A stretch of DNA of 64,000 nucleotides, taken from positions 1,216,001 to 1,280,000 of the forward strand of contig NZ_CP157522.1 of NCBI RefSeq assembly GCF_049075655.1, in the 5' to 3' direction. This DNA is from Methanothermococcus sp. Ax23. GTDB lineage: Archaea > AGJL01 > Methanococci > Methanococcales > Methanococcaceae. Both the position numbers and the translations under genes were made by a program. Shown piece after piece: positions 10,866-22,002 of the stretch. Below the pieces are notes generated by a model that was not told where the DNA came from, made no database searches, and saw nothing but the letters and a program-made list of their open reading frames with translations. Numbering within the stretch: position 1 is the first letter of the stretch; each line of letters starts with the position of its first letter.

Positions 10866-12104
10866 ATGAGTGATACAATGGATGACATATTAGAAATTGT
10901 AGAAAAACTAAAAAATAAGGAGATAAAACCATATCAACTTGACAGTATGTTCGATTCAAAAAAATCTGTTGAAATAAGAAGGAAATACATAGAATCTTTA
11001 ACAAAAACAGATTTTAAGCATATCAATAATTACAGTATAGATGAAAAAGAGGCTATGAAAAAGAACATAGAAAATATGATTGGTGCGGTGCAGATTCCTT
11101 TGGGTTTTGCAGGACCTTTAAAGATAAATGGAAAATATGCAGATGGGGAATATTATATACCATTAGCAACAACGGAAGGAGCATTGGTAGCTTCGGTAAA
11201 TAGGGGCTGTGGAGTTATCACCAAATGCGGTGGATGCACAGTTAGGGTTGTTGATGATAAAATGACAAGAGCTCCGGTAATCGAAACCAAATCTATAACC
11301 GACGCTATCAAATTAAAGGAGTGGATTGAAAACAACTTCCAAAAAATAAAAGAGGTTGCCGAAACCACCACAAGACATGGAAAATTAATATCCATTCATC
11401 CAATAATAATTGTTGGACGGTATGTATATCCAAGATTTACCTATAAAACAGGAGATGCCATGGGTATGAACATGGTAACCATAGCCACCGAAAAGGCGTG
11501 CAATTTCATTGAAAATGAGCTGAAAAAGGAAGAAAACGGAAGCATCAAAGTTCATACTGTGGCATTAAGTGGAAATGTCTGCACAGATAAAAAACCTGCT
11601 GGAATAAATTTAATAGAAGGCAGGGGGAAAACGATAATAGCAGAGGTCTTTTTAAAAGAGGAGGAAATAAAAAAATATTTAAAAACAACTTCAAAAGCAA
11701 TAGAACAGGTGAATATGTATAAAAACTTTATAGGTTCTGCCATAAGCAACTCAATGGGATTCAATGCCCATTATGCAAATATAATCGGAGCTCTATTCCT
11801 TGCAACAGGTCAGGATGAGGCACATATTGTTGAGGGAAGCTTAGGTATAACAGTTGCAGAATGTGTTGAGGGCGGTCTTTATTTCTCCGTTACACTTCCA
11901 GATGTTCCTGTTGGGACTGTTGGGGGTGGAACAAGAGTAGAAACCCAAAAAGAGTGTTTAGAAATGATTGGTTGCAGTGGTGGAGATAAAGCACTTAAAT
12001 TTGCCGAAATAGTCGGTGGAGCAGTTTTAGCGGGAGAGTTATCACTTATGGGAGCTCTGGCAGCAGGTCATTTAGCAAAGGCACATTCGGAGCTCGGAAG
12101 GTAA
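10866..12104 (+). CDS. hmgA: HMG-CoA reductase (class I)
   Basis: ENMIG, TTEGALVAS, DAMGMNM and GTVGGGT motifs. Confidence 0.96.
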   Translation: MSDTMDDILEIVEKLKNKEIKPYQLDSMFDSKKSVEIRRKYIESLTKTDFKHINNYSIDEKEAMKKNIENMIGAVQIPLGFAGPLKINGKYADGEYYIPLATTEGALVASVNRGCGVITKCGGCTVRVVDDKMTRAPVIETKSITDAIKLKEWIENNFQKIKEVAETTTRHGKLISIHPIIIVGRYVYPRFTYKTGDAMGMNMVTIATEKACNFIENELKKEENGSIKVHTVALSGNVCTDKKPAGINLIEGRGKTIIAEVFLKEEEIKKYLKTTSKAIEQVNMYKNFIGSAISNSMGFNAHYANIIGALFLATGQDEAHIVEGSLGITVAECVEGGLYFSVTLPDVPVGTVGGGTRVETQKECLEMIGCSGGDKALKFAEIVGGAVLAGELSLMGALAAGHLAKAHSELGR

Positions 12105-12173
12105 TGCTAAATAATATATAAAGAACAGTGAATCTTTAAATATTTTTTTGATTATGTATAATATGGTGATATT

Positions 12174-12443
12174 ATGAAAAAACCAACATTGTATGTAAGA
12201 ATTCATTACCCGGGCAGTGTATTGGAAGGAGAATTCGATTTTGATGCAGTGGTGAAGCTTAAAGACAAATATATGAAATACCTTGAAACAGGCAAAGGGT
12301 ACGGATTGATGATATTTAATGAAAATAAGAAAAAATTTGCAATAATAAACTTTGAAAATATATGTGCAATAGAGGTTGAAAAAACCCTAATATTCATGGA
12401 TGAGTATGAAAAGAAATGGGGACAAATTACGGATATTAGATAA
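12174..12443 (+). CDS. Hypothetical protein
   Basis: 89 aa, GGTGAT RBS, co-oriented with neighbours. Confidence 0.7.
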   Translation: MKKPTLYVRIHYPGSVLEGEFDFDAVVKLKDKYMKYLETGKGYGLMIFNENKKKFAIINFENICAIEVEKTLIFMDEYEKKWGQITDIR

Positions 12444-12491
12444 TAAATAATATTATATTATCCAAATATTAACAATGTATAATGTGATATT

Positions 12492-12959
12492 GTGAAAACT
12501 AAAAACTTAAAAATAGCAAAAAATGCCACAGTAATTGGGGATGTGAAACTTGAAGAAGATGTAAATATATGGTATGGTGCGGTTTTAAGAGGGGATGTTG
12601 ATAAAATCGTTGTTAAAAAAGGCTCAAATATCCAAGATAACTGCGTAATTCACTGTTCAGAAGGATATCCTACAATAATTGGAGAATACGTTTCAATTGG
12701 CCATGGGGCAGTTATTCATGGATGCACAATTGGGGATAATGTTCTTATTGGAATGAATTCAACAATTCTAAATGGTGCAAAAATAGGAGATAACTGCATT
12801 GTCGGAGCTCACTCACTAATAACTCAGAACAAAATAATACCACCAAACAGTTTGGTTATGGGAGCTCCTGCAAAGGTTGTTAGAATGTTAAATGATGAAG
12901 AAATAAAATCCATAAGGAATAACGCATTAAGATATATCGAATTATCAAAAAGTTTATAA
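12492..12959 (+). CDS. Gamma carbonic anhydrase-like hexapeptide repeat protein
   Basis: IWYGAVLRGD, NIQDNCVIH, IGHGAVIHGC. Confidence 0.92.
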   Translation: MKTKNLKIAKNATVIGDVKLEEDVNIWYGAVLRGDVDKIVVKKGSNIQDNCVIHCSEGYPTIIGEYVSIGHGAVIHGCTIGDNVLIGMNSTILNGAKIGDNCIVGAHSLITQNKIIPPNSLVMGAPAKVVRMLNDEEIKSIRNNALRYIELSKSL

Positions 12960-13114
12960 CAAATGATATATAAAAAAGAAAATGTTAATAAAAAAATGAA
13001 AAAATAAATAAATTTTTCATTTCATATATGTAATAAAAAAATAAGTCTTTTTGGGCTTTTCTTCATATATTGAATTTAGAATAAAATTAATTAATATATA
13101 AAAAGGTGCATAAT

Positions 13115-13534
13115 ATGGATTCAGTAAAATTAGGATTTGTAATTGCAGAATTTAACAGAGATTTAACATATATGATGGAAAAACTTGCAGAAGAACATGC
13201 AGAGTTTTTAAATGCTGAGGTAAAATATAAAATCGTTGTTCCCGGAGCATTCGACATGCCTATTGCAATTAAAAGACTTTTAGAAAAGGAGGATGTTGAT
13301 GCAGTGGTAACTATTGGATGTGTAATTGAAGGAGACACCGAACACGATGAAATAGTTGTTCAAAATGCGGCAAGGAAAATAGCAGACTTATCATTGGATT
13401 ACAATAAACCTGTTGCTTTGGGAATCTCAGGACCTGGTATGACAAGATTACAAGCAGAAGAAAGAATTGACTATGGTAAAAGAGCAGTTGAAGCTGCTGT
13501 AAAAATGGTAAAGAGATTAAAAGAATTAGAATAA
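13115..13534 (+). CDS. ribH: 6,7-dimethyl-8-ribityllumazine synthase
   Basis: [25 protein letters not shown]; ATG 13115 after a GGTG RBS. Confidence 0.95.
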   Translation: MDSVKLGFVIAEFNRDLTYMMEKLAEEHAEFLNAEVKYKIVVPGAFDMPIAIKRLLEKEDVDAVVTIGCVIEGDTEHDEIVVQNAARKIADLSLDYNKPVALGISGPGMTRLQAEERIDYGKRAVEAAVKMVKRLKELE

Positions 13535-13608
13535 TGAAATAATAAGAATAACGATAATCATAATATAAAAAATCATAAAATAGAGAAATATAAATATTCG
13601 TGGTTCTC

Positions 13609-13908
13609 ATGAAAGATGTATTAAGGGAAGAGTTTGATATAATAAAACAGCGAATTAAAGACAAACCAGAAGGTTCATACACCGCATATTTAACAACAGA
13701 TGATGACAAAAAAACAGCATTAAATAAAATCTGTGAAAAAATAGGGGAAGAGGCAACAGAAACTATACTTGCGGCGAAGGATGGAGTAAAGGAGGAGCTC
13801 CTATATGAAAGTGCAGATTTGATATATCACACATTGGTATTGCTGGCGTACTGTGGAGTGGAATATGATGAAATAATGAATGAATTTGAGAGACGAAGAA
13901 AGAAATAA
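13609..13908 (+). CDS. hisE: Phosphoribosyl-ATP pyrophosphatase
   Basis: [23 protein letters not shown]. Confidence 0.95.
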   Translation: MKDVLREEFDIIKQRIKDKPEGSYTAYLTTDDDKKTALNKICEKIGEEATETILAAKDGVKEELLYESADLIYHTLVLLAYCGVEYDEIMNEFERRRKK

Positions 13909-13959
13909 AAGAAAAAAGTAAAAAAATATTAAATAAAATAAATTAAATAAAAATTATTC

Positions 13960-14898
13960 TTATAATTCTTTTTTATCAATTAATTCTTTTAATATTTTTG
14001 GGAATAATACCCCTTCAATGAGTTTTAAAACATCTGTTCTTGTAATAATACCCACTACATTATCGTTTTCATCTACGACTATTAGCCTACCAACTCCTTT
14101 TTTCTCCATTAAAATAAGAGCATCATATACTTTTTTATCAGGCGTTATCGTTAAAGGGTTTCTTACCATAATTTTTTCTATATATTCATTTTCCATACTA
14201 TTTGAAAGAGCATATGCAAGGTCATGAAGTGTTAAAATACCCACCAACTTATCATTAGATATAATTGGGACTCCATTTATATTGTTGTCATAAAATATTT
14301 TGGCAGCATCCTTTATCTTTACATCTGGGCTTAACCATATTAAATCTTCCTTAACTGCTATGCTTTTCACAGTTATGTTTGGAATACTTGTAACTCCTAC
14401 AACATCTATTAACAATATATGGTCTATATCGTCCCTTCCAGCCACCTTACCAAAAATTATTATTTTATTATGGTGAGTAGGCCCTATTTTTACAACGTCC
14501 CCTTCATTGAATATTTTCGTATCCCCTTTAATATATATCATTGAAGAACAGGATTTTTCATGTGCAACGGTATCAAAAACTATTTTTTCAACATAAACTC
14601 CTTCAACTCTTTCATCCCCCTTGTAAATGGGCACAACTATCTCTTCTTCACTGGATATTAATCCTACTGCCCTATATGCATGACTTGTTGGAACGTATCC
14701 TCCTTTTGGTCCCGGCACCCCATCTACTAAATTCAATGCTCTCAAAGCCTGCATTTGATTTCTAATAGTCCCTGGATTTCTATTTAATCTAATTGCTATT
14801 TCTGTTCCTTTAACTGGTCTATTTTTTTCTTTATATATTGCTATTAATTCTTGAAGTATCTCTTTTTGGACAATAGTTAAATCCATAAAAACACCCAT
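13960..14898 (-). CDS. HrcA-like wHTH plus CBS-pair transcriptional regulator
   Basis: PGTIRNQM and GPKGGYVPT wHTH, C-terminal CBS pair. Confidence 0.85.
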   Translation of the reverse strand: MGVFMDLTIVQKEILQELIAIYKEKNRPVKGTEIAIRLNRNPGTIRNQMQALRALNLVDGVPGPKGGYVPTSHAYRAVGLISSEEEIVVPIYKGDERVEGVYVEKIVFDTVAHEKSCSSMIYIKGDTKIFNEGDVVKIGPTHHNKIIIFGKVAGRDDIDHILLIDVVGVTSIPNITVKSIAVKEDLIWLSPDVKIKDAAKIFYDNNINGVPIISNDKLVGILTLHDLAYALSNSMENEYIEKIMVRNPLTITPDKKVYDALILMEKKGVGRLIVVDENDNVVGIITRTDVLKLIEGVLFPKILKELIDKKEL

Positions 14899-14984
14899 TA
14901 TAAATGATTATAATTACAGTTATAAATTATGATATATACAATATAAAAATGTTTTTATTTATATAGCATATTACAAAAAAGAGA

Positions 14985-15740
14985 TTAAAAATCTAATGAA
15001 ATTATCTCAACACCTAAGGCATCTTCCATATATTTTTTAAATAATTTCAATCCATAAACCTCTGTTCCATAATGTCCCCCATCTATCACACATAAACCGA
15101 GCTCCTCCGCAAGTATCTTTGAGTGGTGGGTTAAGTCCCCAGATATATATACATCTGCGAGCTCCGAAACATACTTCACAGATTTTTGGGATAGTCCATA
15201 ACCAGAGAGAACGGCTACTTTTAAATTTTCTTCATTATTTACAACTTCTGAATTTACAACAACGGGGTTTTTTGTAATATGTTCTTTTGTAATATTCAAT
15301 ATATCATCAAAAGTTCCATTATATGTTCCTATTCTACCTAATCCATTTTCATATAGGCATTTAGCATTTTTTAAGTCGTATAAATCAACAAGGGCATCAT
15401 TTAATCCATTTTTACATATATCTAAATTCGTATGAGCCGAGTATAGTATTATTTCATTTTCCATCAATATCTTTAATTTTGCATACATTACTCCCGTAAA
15501 TGTTCTGATAGGGTCTTTTAAAATCGGATGATGAGTAAATAAAAAATTAACTCCTTCCTTTTTTGCCTTTTTTACAACATTTAAAGAAGGGTCTAATGCT
15601 ATACCGATTTTTTCAATATCTTTGTTTAAATCATCTCCAACTTGAAGCCCTATATTATCCCCTTCAATTGCGAGCTCTGCTGGTGCAAATTCTTCTATGA
15701 AATTTATAATATCTTGTGCTTTTATAGCTTTTATATTCAT
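14985..15740 (-). CDS. hcgD: Nif3-like dinuclear metal protein (HcgD-type)
   Basis: DNIGLQVG, THHP, HTNLD, GHYGTE; the Methanococcales Nif3 homolog is HcgD. Confidence 0.75.
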   Translation of the reverse strand: MNIKAIKAQDIINFIEEFAPAELAIEGDNIGLQVGDDLNKDIEKIGIALDPSLNVVKKAKKEGVNFLFTHHPILKDPIRTFTGVMYAKLKILMENEIILYSAHTNLDICKNGLNDALVDLYDLKNAKCLYENGLGRIGTYNGTFDDILNITKEHITKNPVVVNSEVVNNEENLKVAVLSGYGLSQKSVKYVSELADVYISGDLTHHSKILAEELGLCVIDGGHYGTEVYGLKLFKKYMEDALGVEIISLDF

Positions 15741-16369
15741 TTTATCCCCTTCGCTGTGATTATCTGCAATTCCTCATAGGGAAACTTCATTGATGCGGTT
15801 TTTTTAGCTTCAAATCCATGTTTTTTTAACAATTCTATTGTTTTTTCTTCCCCAGTTAATGATGATTGCACTATCTGGATTGTTCCATTTTCTTTTAAAT
15901 AATCCCCAACTTCATGGATAAATCTATCAAGAACTTTTCTTCCATCAATCCCGCCATCAAATGCATAGTTTAAATATTTTTCAAGTTTTTCCTCTTCCGA
16001 TGTTGGTAGGTATGGGGCATTGAATAGTATTACATCGAATTTTGATTTGAGTTTATTCTTTATCTCATCCATATTTTTAAATAAATCGCTTTCAAAAAAG
16101 AAAATATTTTCGTTTAATTTTAATTTATTTAATAATGCGTTTTCCTTTGCAGTTTCTATTGCGTATGGATTTATATCTATTCCAACTACCTTTTTAGCTC
16201 CACTTTTTAGTGAATTTATTGCCTGAATTCCTGTTCCTGTTCCCACATCTAAAACTGTTTTATTTTTCACATCCACTAAATTATTTAATAGGAGCTCACT
16301 ATCCTCAGCAGGTTCATAAACTTTTGGGTGGATTTTTATCAATATATTCTTTATTTCTATTACTCTCAT
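15737..16369 (-). CDS. HemK2/PrmC-type protein methyltransferase
   Basis: VYEPAEDS, DVGTGTG, NAPY, GG.DGR. Confidence 0.9.
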   Translation of the reverse strand: MRVIEIKNILIKIHPKVYEPAEDSELLLNNLVDVKNKTVLDVGTGTGIQAINSLKSGAKKVVGIDINPYAIETAKENALLNKLKLNENIFFFESDLFKNMDEIKNKLKSKFDVILFNAPYLPTSEEEKLEKYLNYAFDGGIDGRKVLDRFIHEVGDYLKENGTIQIVQSSLTGEEKTIELLKKHGFEAKKTASMKFPYEELQIITAKGIK

Positions 16370-16393
16370 AATTATTCCTTATGTAGTATTTTC

Positions 16394-16450
16394 ATTAAAA
16401 CTTGACAAAACCCTTTGGGTTTTGTAAGTCAGTGAATCCAAAGGATTCAC
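16394..16450. repeat. Double-hairpin palindromic micro-element
   Basis: ACAAAACCC-TTT-GGGTTTTGT and GTGAATCC-AAA-GGATTCAC stems; overlaps the stop codon of the PUA gene. Confidence 0.65.
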
Positions 16451-16926
16451 TTCGACTTCCAAATATCATCTCCAATATAGTGAATGGTTTTAATTGCTTT
16501 GCCTTTGTTTGATTCTTTCATTGTTTTTCCATCCATTAATGCTTCACCAACACATAAAGGTCTATTGTGGGTTTCATCCACTACAAAAACAACATCCCCT
16601 TCTTTAATGTTCTCATCTGCTTCCACTATCCCCGGAGCCATTACATCAGCACCATTTGCTAAGAATTTCACAGCTCCCATATCAACTACTACCTTACCTT
16701 TATCCAACTCATGGTTCAATAGGGTTTTTAATGTAGGATATACTTTATCGTTTATTTTAAATGCTATTGGTTCATTGTCTATTAAAATCATTTCATAATC
16801 TTCCGTTATGGCGAGCTCGGCGTTTGCCTTTTTTGGAATTACTTCAATTCCGAATATATTATCTAACTCTTCTTTTATTCTTTTTAGTTCCTTCTTTTTT
16901 AAGCAGTATCTTCTTTTTATTTCCAA
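16447..16926 (-). CDS. PUA-domain RNA-binding protein (MCT-1/Tma20-like)
   Basis: VVVDMGAVKF..NGADVMAPGI, H.IGD.IW. Confidence 0.9.
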   Translation of the reverse strand: MEIKRRYCLKKKELKRIKEELDNIFGIEVIPKKANAELAITEDYEMILIDNEPIAFKINDKVYPTLKTLLNHELDKGKVVVDMGAVKFLANGADVMAPGIVEADENIKEGDVVFVVDETHNRPLCVGEALMDGKTMKESNKGKAIKTIHYIGDDIWKSK

Positions 16927-17014
16927 TTTATCACCATTAATTTAATCCATTTATTTTTTAAATTTTTCAATATATGTTAAGGTTTTGATGTCATTTCCTC
17001 GGAGCTCCTATTTA

Positions 17015-17356
17015 TCACTTGTCGAGCTCTTTTAATATCTTTTCAATGGTTTCCTTTGTTTCTGGAATATCTTCTTTAATGACTTTCCAGACTAATTCTA
17101 AATTAACATTAGAATATGAATGAATCAATTTATCCCGCATACCTGCAATGTCCCTCCAAGGCACTTCTGGATAGTTTTCCCTTAAATCATCAGGTATATT
17201 TTTCACCGCCTCGCCTATTATCTCAATACATCTACATACTGAATACTGAGTCTTTTTATCCCTTAAAAATTCTTTGTAATCCATATTTTCTACAAATTCT
17301 TCTGCCAAGCCCATATTTTCGATAATATCAATTAGATATATATCAACTTTCTTCAA
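17015..17356 (-). CDS. HEPN (DUF86) RNase toxin, HepT-like
   Basis: IEIIGEA and RDKLIHSY (RX4HXY) motifs. Confidence 0.92.
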   Translation of the reverse strand: MKKVDIYLIDIIENMGLAEEFVENMDYKEFLRDKKTQYSVCRCIEIIGEAVKNIPDDLRENYPEVPWRDIAGMRDKLIHSYSNVNLELVWKVIKEDIPETKETIEKILKELDK

Positions 17357-17645
17357 TAGGAATCTCCTCCTTTAAGATTGTTTCTTTTAATTCCTTCCTA
17401 ATATCATTTTTTAACACCAAATCTACTTTAATACTTAACAAATCAGATAGATAATTTTCTAAATTCACAAATTTTAATAAACTAGGTAATTCATAAAATT
17501 CAACTAAAATATCAATATCTGAAGTTTCTTTCTGCTCCCCTCTTGCATAACTTCCAAATATTCCAATAGTTTTAACTTTGTATTTTTCTTTTAGTTCCTT
17601 TTTGTGTTCTAAAAGTATCTTTTTTATTTCGTTTAAGGTTTTCAT
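17343..17645 (-). CDS. Minimal nucleotidyltransferase antitoxin, MntA-like
   Basis: [16 protein letters not shown]; overlaps the HEPN gene. Confidence 0.92.
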   Translation of the reverse strand: MKTLNEIKKILLEHKKELKEKYKVKTIGIFGSYARGEQKETSDIDILVEFYELPSLLKFVNLENYLSDLLSIKVDLVLKNDIRKELKETILKEEIPIEES

Positions 17646-17783
17646 ATTATCCCCCTTCGGAGCTCCTTGATATATTATAACCTATACTAATTTTAATTTT
17701 TTATTATATTTTCGATGATGTTATTATTTTTATTTCTTTCTTTTTACATTTATTATTTCCTTTTTAATTATAATTATTATTAC

Positions 17784-18863
17784 CTATTCTAAAAATTCAT
17801 AAACTGTGTTTCGCTCCTTTGGAATTCTTCCGATTCTTGAAATCATATCCTTTATTTCATCAACAGATACATAAACTCCATGCTCTGCTCCCGCAGATTT
17901 TGAAATATTTTCCTCCATAAGTGTTCCGCCGAAATCATTGGCCCCACATTTTAAACCGATTTGAGCCATTTTAAACCCTAACTTAACCCATGATACCTGG
18001 ATATTTTTTATAAGGTCTTTAAATAATATCCTACTAATGGCATAAACCTTTAAGTCCTCCAAACCAGTAGCTCCCCCCCGAGCTCTCCCTTCATAATATA
18101 TTGGTGCTAATTTATGCATAAAACTTAATGGGACAAATTCGGTAAAGCCCCCAGTTTCTTCCTGAATTTCTTTTAAAATAAATAAATGATTCACCATGTG
18201 CTTATACTCTTCAATATGTCCATACATCATGGTAGATGTTGTTTTTATGCCGACTTTATGGGCTGTTTTTACTACTTTAACCCATTCCTTAGTTGATAAT
18301 TTTGTTGGGCAGAGCTCCGACCTAATCTCATCATCAAGTATTTCAGCGGCTGTTCCCGGCATTGTGTTTAATCCATTTTCTTTCAGCATTTTAAGTGCTT
18401 CTTTAATATCAAGTCCGGCGTTTTCAGCCCCAAATTTAATTTCCATTGGTGAAAATGCGTGAATGTGTATATCCCCATAAGGTTTTGTAATGTCATGAAC
18501 TTTTTTCAATATCTCTATCTGGAAGTTTGTATCCACAATAGGATGAAGTCCCCCTTGGATGCATACCTCTGTGCATCCCAATTTTTTTGCTTCCAATGCC
18601 CTTTTTGCAATCTCATCAATATCTAAAAAATAGGCATTTTTATCCTTCTCACTTACTCTAAATGCGCAGAATTTACAATCTCCAACGCAAATATTTGTGA
18701 AATTAATGTTTCTATTGACAATATAGCTCACAACATCCCCTACAATTTCCCTTCTAAGATTGTCAGCGCATTTTAGAATATTAAAAAAGTTTTCAGTATC
18801 TTCAAATAATTCCAAACAATCCTTTTTCGAAATATCTCCTTCACAATATTTTTCTAAATCCAT
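17784..18863 (-). CDS. cofH: FO synthase subunit 2 (radical SAM)
   Basis: NRNINFTNICVGDCKFCAF, MPGTAAEI, GANDFGGTLMEENIS. Confidence 0.93.
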   Translation of the reverse strand: MDLEKYCEGDISKKDCLELFEDTENFFNILKCADNLRREIVGDVVSYIVNRNINFTNICVGDCKFCAFRVSEKDKNAYFLDIDEIAKRALEAKKLGCTEVCIQGGLHPIVDTNFQIEILKKVHDITKPYGDIHIHAFSPMEIKFGAENAGLDIKEALKMLKENGLNTMPGTAAEILDDEIRSELCPTKLSTKEWVKVVKTAHKVGIKTTSTMMYGHIEEYKHMVNHLFILKEIQEETGGFTEFVPLSFMHKLAPIYYEGRARGGATGLEDLKVYAISRILFKDLIKNIQVSWVKLGFKMAQIGLKCGANDFGGTLMEENISKSAGAEHGVYVSVDEIKDMISRIGRIPKERNTVYEFLE

Positions 18864-19153
18864 GAAACCACCAATATGTTTTAAGTGAGAATCCTTATAG
18901 TTACCTACTTACTTGATAATTACTAATATTTAATAATATTTTAGAACATTTTAAAATATAGTATAATAAATGTAAAATATAATAAAAATAAAGCATATAA
19001 TTTATTTTATACCATATATTAGATTATTTAATCATTATTTTAAAATTTAAGGGCGTATGTTATTATATAAATACTTTTCTATTTAAATTAAATGGAAACT
19101 AAATATATACCAATAAAAACAATATATTAGTGGTAATACTGCCTAACCCATAA

Positions 19154-20146
<993 letters not shown>

Positions 20147-20227
20147 ATTATTAAAATTATGTATCTTTTTTCTTTTCTTTTTTCCTTATTCTTAAATAAT
20201 TTAAAATTAAAAAAGAAAATATTTATA

Positions 20228-20407
20228 TTATTTCAAATTAAGCTCTTTTATCAGTGCTCCAATCTTTGACGGATTCACTATATTTACATCTATCTTTTTA
20301 TCTTTTACAGTTATTTCAACTGTCCTTTGACCTTCAACAGATAATTGGAGACCAACTCCTTTTTTTTCAAGAGTATCTATTATTCCCACCAGCATTTCCA
20401 TATCCAT
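20228..20407 (-). CDS. Small hypothetical protein (59 aa), absent from the ORF track
   Basis: MDMEMLVGIIDTLEKKGVGLQLSVEGQRTVEITVKDKKIDVNIVNPSKIGALIKELNLK; GTGAT RBS, typical codon usage, just downstream of the NADH oxidase gene. Confidence 0.75.
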   Translation of the reverse strand: MDMEMLVGIIDTLEKKGVGLQLSVEGQRTVEITVKDKKIDVNIVNPSKIGALIKELNLK

Positions 20408-20459
20408 ATTATCACTTTTTTATTTTATATTATATTCGTTTAATATCTATTATTGCTTT

Positions 20460-21839
20460 TTATTGCTTGTTATCTTCTATCTTTTTAAATTTATCACAGG
20501 CATTTTCAGCTGCAAGAGCAAGCGGGTCAATTACCATTGAAACTGGCGGAGCATAGCAGAACTCCATATTTGCCAGTTCATCACAAGTCATATTTTTCAC
20601 AATACCTATGGATACTGCATCCACTCTTTCGGCAACTCTTTCTCCCCCCACAATCTGACATCCTACAATATTTTTGTTCATATCACATATTAATTTAACT
20701 TCTATTAACTTTCCACCTGGATAGTATCTTGCCCTTGTAAGTGCCTTTGACTTTCCAACTACAACTTCAAGTCTGTTTTGATGAGCTCCGAGCTCACTCA
20801 TGCCTGTTCCAGCCATTTCAATATCTCCAATTTTTGATACCATGGCATTTAAAACTGGGTTGAATTTAGCTTCAATACCCACGATATTTTTTCCTGCAAC
20901 TTTACCCTGTCTTACAGCTGTTGTTCCAAATGGTGATAAGGTAATCTGCTTTGTGATTAAATCCACAACTTCCACACAGTCTCCAACTGCGTATATGTTT
21001 GGAATTGAAGTTTGCATTTTTTCATTTACCTTTATAGCCCATCTTCCTATTTCACAACCTGCCTTTTTTGCCAGTTCTATGTTTGGTCTGACACCTGTTG
21101 CCATTATAACCATGTCACACTCGTAGAGCTCCCCATCTATTACCGCACCATTTACCTTACCTTCTTCATCCCCAACAATCTTACCTAATGGTTTTTCAAG
21201 TATAAACTTAATACCAACATCTTCTTCCAAATACTTCATAACAATTTTAGCCATATCTATATCCAGAGCTCTCGGTAATATTTGGGGTGCCATTTCAACA
21301 ACTATTACATCAAGACCGAGCTCCTTCAATGCGTATGCTGTTTCAAGTCCAATTGCCCCAGCGCCTGCAACTATTGCACTTTTTGAATTTTCCGCATACT
21401 CTTTTATCTTTATACCATCTTCAATTGTCCTTAGTTTAAAGACGCCTTTTAAATCCACCCCTTCAATCGGTGGAACAAATGGTGAGCCCCCAGTAGCCAA
21501 AACAAGGTAATCATAAGTTAATTCTATTTCATTGTTTTCTTTATCTTTATATATTATTTTATTATTCTCTGAATCCACATCCAAAACTTCTGACTCTGTG
21601 ATTACATCGATATGCCTATCTTTTTTGTATTCTTCGGGAGTGTGCATTATTATATCTTCAAATGAAGGTATTTCATTACATATTACATAGGGAATAGCAC
21701 ATGGTGAATATGCTATATATTTATCCTTTGTAATCACTACTATTTCCATTTCTTTATTATATCTTCTTATAGTTGAAGCGGTGGTTAATCCTGCGGCTCC
21801 ACTTCCAATTACAACAACTCTCATTTCTTCACCTGACAT
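20460..21839 (-). CDS. NADH oxidase / CoA-disulfide reductase family flavoprotein
   Basis: GSGAAG, YSPCAIPY active Cys, GAGAIGLE, YAVGDC, YAPP. Confidence 0.9.
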   Translation of the reverse strand: MSGEEMRVVVIGSGAAGLTTASTIRRYNKEMEIVVITKDKYIAYSPCAIPYVICNEIPSFEDIIMHTPEEYKKDRHIDVITESEVLDVDSENNKIIYKDKENNEIELTYDYLVLATGGSPFVPPIEGVDLKGVFKLRTIEDGIKIKEYAENSKSAIVAGAGAIGLETAYALKELGLDVIVVEMAPQILPRALDIDMAKIVMKYLEEDVGIKFILEKPLGKIVGDEEGKVNGAVIDGELYECDMVIMATGVRPNIELAKKAGCEIGRWAIKVNEKMQTSIPNIYAVGDCVEVVDLITKQITLSPFGTTAVRQGKVAGKNIVGIEAKFNPVLNAMVSKIGDIEMAGTGMSELGAHQNRLEVVVGKSKALTRARYYPGGKLIEVKLICDMNKNIVGCQIVGGERVAERVDAVSIGIVKNMTCDELANMEFCYAPPVSMVIDPLALAAENACDKFKKIEDNKQ

Positions 21840-22002
21840 ACATTGAATTATTAAAATTATTAATAACTATATAATAAAATACTTTTAGTATGAAACATTA
21901 TTAGTATATAAGTATTTTGATGGATAAATAACTATGTTTTGAAGAAATAATGGAATTAAATAATGAATTGATTTTCAGTATCTTTCACTTCGTTTTGTAT
22001 TA

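Noticed and set aside
20235-20300. C/D box sRNA (CTGA near the end)
   Set aside because: There is no convincing C box, and the region is explained by the 59-aa ORF.
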